Source of the DNA: Balanoglossus misakiensis | Lineage: Eukaryota > Animalia > Hemichordata | Direction: 5' to 3' | Length of the DNA: 64,000 nucleotides | Assembly: GCA_040954595.2 (NCBI GenBank) | Contig: CM082577.2 | Location: 6,126,301-6,190,300, forward strand | Part shown: one piece after another, positions 53,452 to 64,000 of the stretch | Position numbering within the stretch: position 1 is the stretch's first letter | Layout: the number at the start of each line of letters is the position of its first letter | Translations under genes and position numbers: made by a program | The notes under the pieces: generated by a model | The model's input: the letters and a program-made list of their open reading frames with translations, nothing else | Database searches by the model: none | What the model was told of the DNA's origin: nothing

Positions 53452-54793
53452 CCTTGCATATGGAACGAATTCAAACAACATTCATTGATTAGCCATTGTA
53501 TACCATCTTCGTAGTGTCACAAAAGACAATAGTTTATTAAACTATTGTCATTTATTTTACTTATCGAACAGTTTGACTGGACACACCCATTTTAAATGTG
53601 TGTGACCTGCATTATTTTTACAATTTGGTCATGGAACCATTATCGCCAAAGCTCAGTCGATACAATCCCTGTATTGTATCGCATGTCTGACTAGAGGACT
53701 GCTTCACAATGGTCTCCAGTGCAAACAATGCATAAGGTGCTAACAATCCGCCTCCACGAAGGTGTCGAATGTTGGTACCTCCAATGATTGTTTTTATAAA
53801 GTGCCCAGGGTTTGAAATTCTGGAGTTCAATTTTTGGTAATTAACCTGATCGGAGGTCCGATGCGATTTAGTATTTGCATACCAGGTTCCTAAACTCCAA
53901 CTTTTGGCCATTTTTTTCAGTCTTTTGAATGTTTCTGATTTGGTCTGGTAGAGTACTAGTATTTACTGACTGCATTTCACGCAAGGTCGCTAGGGTAAAC
54001 CACGATATAATAAACACAAAATATTACAGGTACTAAAATAAGATGTCGCGCATACATTTTTTCTGATTTTGTAATACCCGAAGTTGCATATATCCCGTAA
54101 AACGCCGGGGCTAATTCACATACCATTCAGAATCAGAGTGAAACTGAGGCCTGCAACTAAAAATAAGTCTTGCTGTTGCCATGGCGCTTACAAATAAGTG
54201 CGGATGGAAGCTCGACAAATTCACACAATAAGTCTACCCGCGACTCTCCACTCAGTAGACATATATTAAACGTGGGACAACTAATGGTCTCCATTGTGAA
54301 TCGTGATGTGGTGTACTGTACATTTTCGCCCGGAGCAAACTTGTAAACTGCCCGAGTTGACACGGACATCCGGAACACTGAAACAAACCGCGTTAGTCAA
54401 ACTCTTGATGGGTCACGGGGGTTGGCTGTTTCCTAGAATTCTTGCTCCTTGCTTCCAATAGGGCACCTTCAGGACACCCCCCTCCTCCACCAAGTGAGCT
54501 TTGCATTCTGGCTCGCTCACCTCAGAACAATAAAACAATGACTGTCACAGAAAGGTGAAAAGTTGAATGACAAAAGCAGAAGGGCGTAAGGTAACTCAGA
54601 GGTCATGACATTACATGCAATAACTGACGTCGTTTGACTGTTTTTAACTCTGAAAGTGTATACGGTGTAACGCAATAATTAATTGTTTTCCCGAAAACAT
54701 GACTCGGTAATCACAGAAGGCAAAAAAAAGAATCTATGCAATGTGCTTGCGAGAAGCACAGCGGAAAATTGAACATATCTGTAAAAAGTAAGT

Positions 54794-54865
54794 CTCCCCG
54801 ACGGGGAATTGAACCCCGGTCTTCCGCGTGACAGGCGGAGATACTCACCACTATACTATCGAGGA
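54794..54865 (-). tRNA. trnD: tRNA-Asp(GTC), copy 4
   Basis: Exact reverse complement of copy 1. Confidence 0.97.
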
Positions 54866-55279
54866 TGAGACATAGACGTTAAATCAGATAAAGCATTTTT
54901 GCATTGTTTGGTTTATTCCAATGTCGATTGTATTCTCCCGAATAAACTGATATTGGAGCTATATTTGCGATGACGGAAAAACTAGCAAAACAACAAAGTT
55001 GTTGGGCCTAATAATAGTTGGGAAGCGATTCATTACGCCATGGCGTTGGGTTCACTAGCGACTGTGAACTTGCCGAAAATTCTGGCTGCATCGCTAACTT
55101 AAACCATACAAAACATGCTGATTATAGTTTTATAGGTCGAAATGCCAAAAAGACCAGTCTAAGGCCGAAATGATATAATTAGTGAGGAAAATGTCGAATG
55201 GCGCTTTAATTGTGTTAAAATGAAAGATCAACGAAGGAACTGCTGCAAATTAAAAAGATAGTCTTGAAAAAAATAAAGC

Positions 55280-55351
55280 CTCCCCGACGGGGAATTGAAC
55301 CCCGGTCTTCCGCGTGACAGGCGGAGATACTCACCACTATACTATCGAGGA
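55280..55351 (-). tRNA. trnD: tRNA-Asp(GTC), copy 5
   Basis: Exact reverse complement of copy 1. Confidence 0.97.
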
Positions 55352-55888
55352 TTTGGCTACGTCACATGGCAAATTTACATCCTATAAAGCTAGGTACACA
55401 TAGAGGGCGTACTTCATCAAAACGAAGACTTTTGGCTAACAAAGTGTATGGACGGCTAAATAAATTTCCCACACACCTTACATATCACTACAAATTTAAA
55501 AAATAAAAGAACTTTGTACACGTACCTCCATTGGCGAGGCTTGTAAGGCTACCGTAGGAATTAAAACCATGTACGTGCGCATTTCAGGATGAATAAAACA
55601 ATCAGACTGATTTGCATGAGAATGTTCTATTTATTACAGCAATTAACTACGACACAGTAATTAGCACAAAGAACAAGGAAATCCACTCTGAAGTTCAAAG
55701 CAATTATGGTGTTACCCTTGACTCAAGTTCACTTTTGATATCATTGTGTGACGTACTGTCCCCTAAAGAGGTGACGTCATCATCATCTGGTACTAGTACA
55801 TGTACATGATGTATATGGTTGGTTAACATATATGCACAAGATATGGCTGATGGTATATACAATACTTTGAGCCAAGCGAAGCTTTCTA

Positions 55889-57200
55889 TTATCCAGCATG
55901 ATCCTTGATACCGATAACTATCCCTTCGTCCATTGCAAGCAAGACGGTCACCTGTAAATAATAATAGTCATCATCACCGTGAAATTCCCTACATTTAATA
56001 GAAATAAGTAGAAAACTGCACTAGACATGGCTCTATTGTTCTTAAATTCATCGATCGCCCACTCATATAAGCCTGAAGTTCTTCGGTCTCTCTCTCGAGA
56101 AACTGAGAACACAAAGAAAGTTTTGAATTTTTACTAGACAGTAAATGTCACCTTCCAAAGGAATGGGATACATGATGATGGAACAATTACTATCAGTGTG
56201 TTCCCGTGTATCGACAGGTGAAGACACCTCACTTTCAGTTATAGGATGATATTTTTTAAGTGATATATACATGTAATCAGGTTGATATCATAGTTCGCTG
56301 AACAGAGAAAGTCAAGATAAAAGAAATTCTATGCCTACCAGGAAATCCTCTTCCTTGTCGAACTTCTCGCGGACACGAACTCCCAGCTCGCCGTCGGGTA
56401 CAGTGATGTCTCTGTTCACCTGACCACGATCATCCAGCAACGACATGTATCGATCACCGACGCCCAGAACCTACAGATCGGAAGCAAGTACGTGTAGTTT
56501 GAGTCAGTGTATATGAGTATGAAAGGCACAGAGGCTGCACACGCGCACAATTTCGGCGGTAATTAACGCACTCACCTGGTAGTCCTTCTTCTGCACGTAG
56601 GGCACGTCGATGTTGTGCGTCGACGGGCTTATACCTTCATATTTCCGTTGAGAAAACAGGTCCCGACCGATTATGCGAACCTAGAACGTTGAAAATACAC
56701 CCAATATCAGTACATTTGTACGGGACGTGATAACTTAATCGTTGGCAGCAACAAAGACACTGTCAATTTTCATCTACAAGTTCACACATTATGCTCAAAA
56801 TATCCCCAAACTCCTGATTTTTATCAGTTAGCTTATGATTTATAGCAAGGGAACTGTCAAATATCCGATTCATGAGATTATTCTGACCGAGTTGACTTTC
56901 CATCAAAATGGCGGCGGCCTCCAGGTGTTGGAAGGATTGTTGGACGGATCTACCATTTTTGTGTCACAGTCTCCCCCCCCCCCCCCCCAAGGTCTTGTTA
57001 GGCCTTATAAAAACTAAGACACGAGCAAATCTTCTCACCTTGGCATGACCGTGTTTTCCAGGCCTGGCGGTGGACAATTCCACGACCTTGCAAGGTCGCT
57101 TGTTCAGGATTACATGTCCACCTTTCCGTAGGGCGGAACAGCGAACAGGGAAAGTATCGGAGGAACCGGCATCTGCTCCAGCAAATTCATCATGGCTCAT
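55889..57200 (-). CDS. EIF5A: Eukaryotic translation factor 5A-like protein, 4 coding exons: 57200-57039, 56680-56576, 56470-56339, 55951-55889; 153 aa
   Basis: [119 protein letters not shown]...[20 protein letters not shown]. All introns are phase-0 GT-AG. Probable non-coding first exon with donor at 57440; AATAAA on the minus strand at 55630-55635. Confidence 0.93.
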
Positions 57201-57207
57201 AGAATGG

Positions 57208-57220
57208 GTTGCCAGGCAAC
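57208..57220. promoter_or_regulatory. RFX-type (X-box/EF-C) palindrome GTTGCCAGGCAAC
   Basis: Perfect match to GTTGCYNGRCAAC, 7 nt before the eIF5A-like start codon. Confidence 0.45.
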
Positions 57221-57729
57221 GCGAATCAACTGTTGGGAAACGAAGAAAGACGATAAGAAAATTGAGATTATCAATTGCAACCAAAGCCGAAAATTAGACA
57301 TTTTTACGTCCACAGTTCTGTAGCATTCATTACTTTATAACTTCAATCAACAAATCTGAAGCGGTCTGCGTGTCAAGTTTCATGCTCAAAAGTTTTTCGA
57401 GAGTAGGCCTAATGAAAATCACAAAATATTAAGAACTCACCTTTTTCTGTGCCCGATTCCTGTGAACGAGCACCAGTGGCGCAGCTTTAATAATCTGACC
57501 AAGTTGCGAAATATCTGAGTTTTTTATAAGTGCGCCGTTGCTTGCAAAGTGTTGTGCAATCACAGGGGGTGGTGCAATCACTTGGGTGGACACGTGACGA
57601 TTTTTGCATATCTTGGTAGAAAATATTTGGAAGATTGCCATCGTTCTCTGAAGTGATTTGCACCTTTGAATCGTGTCTCCAATTCGATCAGTACAGAACG
57701 TTTCGTCGACGAAAATACGAAAAAAAATC

Positions 57730-57801
57730 CTCCCCGACGGGGAATTGAACCCCGGTCTTCCGCGTGACAGGCGGAGATACTCACCACTATACTATCGAGG
57801 A
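57730..57801 (-). tRNA. trnD: tRNA-Asp(GTC), copy 6
   Basis: Exact reverse complement of copy 1; lies between the divergent eIF5A-like and MRPS9 genes. Confidence 0.97.
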
Positions 57802-58020
57802 CTGATGTTCTCTGTCTATGATCAGTCTCTCTGTGTATTTACAAAATAATTTTCCTAGTTTGCACTTGTTTTTTACTACTGATTGTTGACAAACAGAGAG
57901 TTTGTAGCGCTCGTGTACAGTCCAAACACGGTTTGAGCATTGAGATCACGAAAACCTTTGTTCTTGGCGGGCGGGGAACGAAATAAAGCACAGCTATGTC
58001 GAAAGAGGGCGCTTTTCAAA

Positions 58021-60957
58021 ATGGCCGCGTCCAGAGTGAGAACGTGCTTGTGCATCATTTCAGCCAGAAATAGCCGCAAACTAGTAAACGTTGCAACATT
58101 ACACCGTCAAAGTAGAATGGTAAGTAAGTCTTGAACTTTCTGGAAATTTGTGTTACGTGGGATTCGATTTTTCGGGCTCATACTACATTTTGTAATACCA
58201 AGTTGCCTGTGCTGAATGTACCAGTGTGGGCTCCGTTGCCTTGCCAATAGCAATATATAGGATACCAAGGGTTTCTAAATTTAAGAGCAAAGGTGATAAA
58301 ACCTACGACTAGGCACTGCGTGAGTGGCCTATGGTCGCTCTTACAGTACTCACCAACATTTTGCCCATGTTTTGAACCTCTTCCATCTATTAACCAAGCG
58401 AATATCATCCTTTGATTCACCTGATAATTTACAGGCCTACTGCACTGCGACATCATCAAGTACACAGGCATCAGCAACAGACGAAACATCATCAAACAAG
58501 CTTGGCAGAGCTGAGATGGCTTATGCAGCCAAAAGATTGGCCTATGGTAAGTGAACTGTGACCTAAAAATAAATTCAAAGGTTTTGTTTTTTTAAAGGGC
58601 ATTTTTAAAAAGATAACTCGGAGGTGTACATTGTGTATCCTCAGTCCTATGAGGGCGCTGTGACATCCACCCCCCACTCAACAAATGAGTGGTGGAGTAG
58701 ATATGGAAATTGCTGAAACCAGCAAGTAAACTGTTCAAACCCAAAACCCAGCAGCTGTTGTTTGCACCAATAGCTTGAAGACGACATATAAAAGTATTCA
58801 TGTATAAATTATATGGTTAAAATTTACAGAAGTGTTGATGAAAAAGGAGAAAGAAGAGTACGAGAGAGGGAAAAGACATCTTGCCAATATGATGGGGGAG
58901 GATCCAGAGAATTTCACTCAGGCAGATATTGATGTGAGTTTTTCTGTTTGGTGCATGAAACCAGTGCTTGTGTCTCAGTGGACATTTGAAACTTGAAAGA
59001 TAATGTGTCTTCTAGTATTCAGGTAAACATTTTAGTCCTAGAATGGCAAAGTGTATTTTACCATGTTGACGAGGAAACAAACTCAGCTTCCTCAATTCAC
59101 TTCTCGTCCATGTGGTGTTCGCTATTTTATTGATGCAGAGAGCAATCCGATATCTGCTGCCGTCTGGACTGTTCGACAAACAAGCCCGGCCGATAATGAA
59201 GCCTCCCGAGGAGATCTTCCCGCCACAGAAGGAGGCGCAGGTGGATCTGAACGGAAGGCCATACCACTATTTATTCTACACGGGGAAACCGACGTACTAC
59301 AGTCTCATGCATGTGAGTGTATGGTGTTACGTTATCACGCCCCCCCCCCCCCCCCCCAACTTCACTGAGTATGGAATCAACCGTACCATCGCAGTGAAGG
59401 GGGTCTTTTGATGAGGTGTCGAGTCACTGACCACAGGTCTCTGACCACACCAAGTGGTGTTTTTATGCCAGGATGAAATGACCACATGAATTGGCAATCT
59501 GACTAATGTATATTTGTAAAGAAATGATGACATTCATCCTCAATGTACTGTTTCATGACAGGATGCTTACGCCAAATATTTGGAGGTGCAGGAGTTAGAA
59601 GAGAAAAAGGTGGCCCAGGGAATATACAAACCTGACATGGAAGCAATGTGAGTACGTTGATATATTGCAAGAAAAAGATGAGCTTGAAATGAGAACAGTT
59701 ACATAGTAGAGTTTTTTTTTTAACCATTTCACCTTTCTTCCCCCAGATTACTCAAAAGAAGCAATTGGATTACAAAATTGGACTTGGAAAGACTGGTTCT
59801 GGAAAACATTTCAGAACATGATGTAAGTATGATAATTGAGAGTTATTACAGTCTGTCATCTCATAAGATTTGGAACTACAGTGATATCTTTAGTGGGAAT
59901 CACATCATGTCAATGATTTTTGTTGTCTTTTTTCACCCCAGTATGCAAGGTTTATTCGATTGTTGGAGAGGATAGTCCAACAGCCCTATGCCAAACTTGT
60001 GGAAGACTACATCATGAAATTCCGCAAAGATCTCATGTCTGTATCAAGCAAAGAAGCCATCGCGCCTGTAAGTATATGATGATGAAGTCAGTGGTGGCCG
60101 AGGCCTTGCGTCATAGAATAGCACTGAATGTCAGGTTCCGTTGATGTCATAGGTCAGAGTACCTGTTTCTACAAACGATGTTATTGGTACTTTGTAGATT
60201 TTAACACATCTGTGTGTTTTGGTTTCATTCCCACCCCCTCCCCAAATAGCTGAAGCATGATGAGAATGGTGTGGCATACAGCGAGGGAACTGGCAAACGG
60301 AAAACTGCTACGGCCACGGTCATTCTCCGGGAAAAGGGCACTGGAAAAATAACCATCAATGGGGAAGATTTCCTGGACTATTTTTGGATTATCCAAGACA
60401 GGTAAGAGAACCTGTATAGAATTTGCTTATTAAACTTGTATTTTAGCATTTACATTTTACTTTGAAGTAATATTCATTTTTAACACCATACACAATCCAA
60501 ATGTGTACGGTCATGTAAGGGTGATGATAATGGCAAATTAGTTCACCTTAACAATAATGATTTTGATTTTTTTTCACAGGGAACAAATTCTGTTTCCCTT
60601 CCAATTTTTGGATAAACTGGGCGAGTTTGACATGGAGTGTACTGTAGAGGGAGGGGGTACTTCAGGAAAGGCCGGCGCTATCCGATTGGCGGCATCTAAT
60701 GCTCTCCGCAGTTTTGTATCAGAGGAGACCATTGAACACATGAGGCAAGGTGAGAAAGGATTGTACCACAAGCAGTATTCTCCCTAATAGACAAAATACA
60801 ATATGTGCATCAATTTCATGAAATGTTCCCCTTATTTATGCCTTGAATTATTGGTCTTTCTTCAGCCGGCCTGTTGACCACAGATCCACGGAAAGCAGAA
60901 CGGAAGAAGCCGGGTCAGAAAGGTGCCAGGAAGAAGTTCGCATGGAAGAAGAGATAA
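58021..60957 (+). CDS. MRPS9: Mitochondrial ribosomal protein uS9m, 10 exons: 58021-58119, 58435-58546, 58830-58933, 59139-59312, 59562-59647, 59747-59822, 59942-60067, 60250-60401, 60580-60749, 60866-60957
   Basis: Arg/Ser-rich presequence; motifs [58 protein letters not shown] and the S9 C-terminus [34 protein letters not shown] junctions are in frame. Confidence 0.95.
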
Positions 60958-61436
60958 CGGCTTCATTGCCATTACATCTAACCGCCATCGCCCCCTTGGG
61001 ATTGCACTACTGTTGAATTTAACACCACCACCCCTCCGTTATGGTTAAAATTACCATAAAATTTTATGAGGCAACATTCTCTTTAGGATATTCAGGAAAC
61101 AAGCGATGGAAGTGTAGTTCCAAGATATCGTACCAGATTTCCAGGAATGTGTAGCGTCAAAGCTATTTCCCGAATCACCGACAACTGAGATTGGGACTCG
61201 TAACTAGCCAACTTGGATCCCATCAAATCTTGTTTTGTGGGGCCAAGAGAACCAATGTATTTGACAGAGTCATTGGAATTAAATGTTTTATTACATTTCA
61301 AAAGTATAGAAAAAGAATAAAAAGGAAAAAAAAAAAAAATAAAGCGTAAATGTCATGTCTGTTCAACAGAAATTAAACATGCATTAGACACGATTCTGAT
61401 ATCATGTATGTTGTATAGAAGTATGCATAGAGTGTA

Positions 61437-63756
61437 TCACCTATAGAAGAGAGTCTGTTGTCTGCTTCTTGATCTAGTCATGTGTCTGTTTTCATACGTC
61501 TGACACTTCACTGCATCTACTGCAAAGTCAATGTTCTGGAGAGAGAGAGAAAAAAATGGTACAACGTTGGTCGAGAATCAAGCGGTGCTTGTTAGATACT
61601 CAAACTAGAAAAGACATGCCCAGCAAATTATCAGAAATGCCTGGGAAGAACACTCCTATGCCAAATGGTTAAGACTTTCCTCAGGGAACAGATGTACTGA
61701 GCTGAATGTCATCTTGATGAAGCAGAATCTCCAGCCAATTTGGTGGATAAGTGACAGTACTTGCCTGTCTTGGCACCAGCCACTCAAGCAGCAGATAGAA
61801 GATGTAATTGATGACAGCCAGCAACACACAGAGCTTGCCAGCCACAGGACCCACTTTGTTGTAACACAACAACTTGTGCGCGATGTCCCCCTCCTCGTCT
61901 CGCACAACGCTGTTGTACACCTGAAAACGTTTAAAAAACACACGCAAGTTGCATTGGGTCTTCGTGAAATGAACTGCAAACTGGCCTCGTCACAGTGAAA
62001 GTAGTTTGAAGGCTTACTTTCACGGCATCAAATGCAGTGACACAATATGGTTGATTTTTTTTCAGCAAGGTGGTTGTCAGGCATACATTCAGGGAGCACA
62101 TGTACAATATATGGAGTTCACTGAAATGAGGGTGAATTGTCACATTGGTCTAACGCCTAATCTGAAAGTACTAGTATGCCTATCATAATTCAGAGGACAA
62201 GAGAAAGGGGGAGGACCTGTGAAGCTTTGAAGTTTACCTTCTCTGTTCTGTATGCTACATTGTGCCAGGTGTAGAGAGATTTGACTCTGTCGTGTAGAGC
62301 ATGTGGTTGGAGGGCTTGCCCTGTCTTCTTCCGACTGATTGTTCTTTCCAGAGCTGCTACCAATGCTGTCAAGTGAAATCCACCGGAATTTAGAGGGTGT
62401 ATGGATCAAGTTTGCCAGAAGGAATCGCAAAGTGTTTGATGATATTGGCTTACAAGAGAGCTGAAAACGGACTCTGCTGCCAAACAGAGGCCTTCCTCTA
62501 CTTTTTTCCTCACCTTCCACTGTGGGTTCTGCCAGCGTTATCAGGTCTTCAGGCAAGACTTCAGGTACACCACCAACTTTTGTGCTGACGACCTGCAGGC
62601 TGGATGGATGGAAGGAAAAAAAGAATCTGAGAACTGTTCCATATCCCCTCCCCTGAACATCTGCCAGCAAAAGCAGATTTGACAACACATGAAAACTTCT
62701 ATCATCAGAACTTGAGTTTACCTGTCTACACGGCAAAGCAACAAAATATTGATTATGTCCATTTTTGAGATCCTGCAAATCCACATACATGTACATGTGT
62801 ACATCCACCCTTTTCTTCACAAAAGAAATTCTCATGCCCAGTTTCTTTTAACCAATCTAAACTAACTGTCTTGATAACTCACGGTGGAACACTTACCCAC
62901 AACAAGCAGCCTCCACAATTGCTATGCAAAATGCTTCTGTCAGAGACGTGTTGATGAAAATGTCACCTCTGTTCAAAACCTGTAATATCACACAAAACGG
63001 CACCATCATTTGAGGAATAAATGATGGTCACATAACAAAACCTTGTTGGCCCAGATCTGCATGAACTCACTGACTTTCACTTCCTGTTCATTGACCTTTT
63101 TCACATCACTTCTCTATTCACAAGGGGCTAGTGTGTGATGCGTGTCACCCAAACAATTTTGTGTTCAGAGGTTTATTTTTCATCAAAGGTAACAATGGTA
63201 AAGGAACTAACTAAACACAGCAGGCAACCTTGTCAGATTGCTGTGTGTCACACCACTATCCAGTTGTGTAAGCTTTTAAAAATCATACCAAGGCACACTT
63301 GCCTAGCGACCTCCCCCAAAACCCAGCAGATTTTAGACTTACATTTCTCACTTTGCTGTGATCAACGGCGCCTAACATTTCAACTCTGTCGTGCAGCTGA
63401 TACTTCTCGCGGACTTCCTCTAAATCAAGTCTTTTCGGCCCACCGCCACCTTGTAAAGGAAAAACAAATTTTGTTGGTCAGCAATAGTATTGACAATGCC
63501 TTCTGTTATGTTGTTTTATAATTTTCAGTTATTTGAGAGGGTGAAAAAAATCGAGTTTCCGTTACCGGTAGACAAGACCCGTTTTCATCATCAGCCAATG
63601 ACAGTATTGAGGGAATAATGGTAGCCAAACAGGTTTATTGTTCCCTACCTATAATAAAATCTACATCTGGATGCCTTGAGCAGATTATTGGAATGATGCC
63701 AGCCAGTAGATCCATGCCCTTCCTGTAGACCAGACGGCTGACTATTACAATAACAA
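61437..63756 (-). CDS. PIGA: Phosphatidylinositol N-acetylglucosaminyltransferase subunit A, 3' part only (5' exons lie beyond the window); exons ~63756-63649, 63449-63343, 62979-62897, 62599-62514, 62359-62238, 61920-61765, 61535-61437
   Basis: Motifs [78 protein letters not shown], a C-terminal hydrophobic segment and [14 protein letters not shown]. Confidence 0.95.
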
Positions 63757-64000
63757 CTGAAATGATAAAAAATACATACATGTCATAATTTACTGTTCTC
63801 TGCAGAGAATTTAAATTTACCTTCATGACGAGAGCAATTTTTTTCTTCAAAACCTTCAACTGTCTGCACACCCAAAATTTACAGCATTTTATCGTCCAAC
63901 ATACTACCTACTATACACTGGGTACTTGTGATACTAGTATTGAGTGATCTATTTTGATCAAGTATTGTCCCTGCAATCTGGGGATAAAAAACCTGGACAC

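Noticed and set aside
49932-57801. Identical 72-nt repeats with unique spacers, superficially CRISPR- or SINE-like
   Set aside because: They are complete tRNA-Asp genes in both orientations with kb-scale spacing; no cas genes, SINE body or tail.

Overview
Eukaryotic (animal) genomic DNA with spliceosomal introns. An invertebrate deuterostome such as a hemichordate is plausible, but this is inferred only from gene similarity, the mosaic CpG pattern and abundant TACATGTA. The first ~45 kb holds a tandem, same-strand cluster of three 5-exon Polycomb/Chromobox (Cbx) genes (11168-12884, 29190-31405, 42387-44160). Each has an N-terminal chromodomain split by identically placed introns and a Pc box, but the middle and terminal regions are strongly divergent. 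Next come six identical tRNA-Asp(GTC) genes (49.9-57.8 kb) and a divergent eIF5A-like gene whose hypusine loop reads [12 protein letters not shown]. It lies head-to-head with MRPS9, which converges on the 3' part of PIGA (including a GC-AG intron). Intergenic DNA contains TTAA-flanked Kolobok-like MITEs, microsatellites, a local duplication and many CRE palindromes. Gene models were built by hand from splice consensus, reading-frame continuity and remembered family motifs; no database searches were run.
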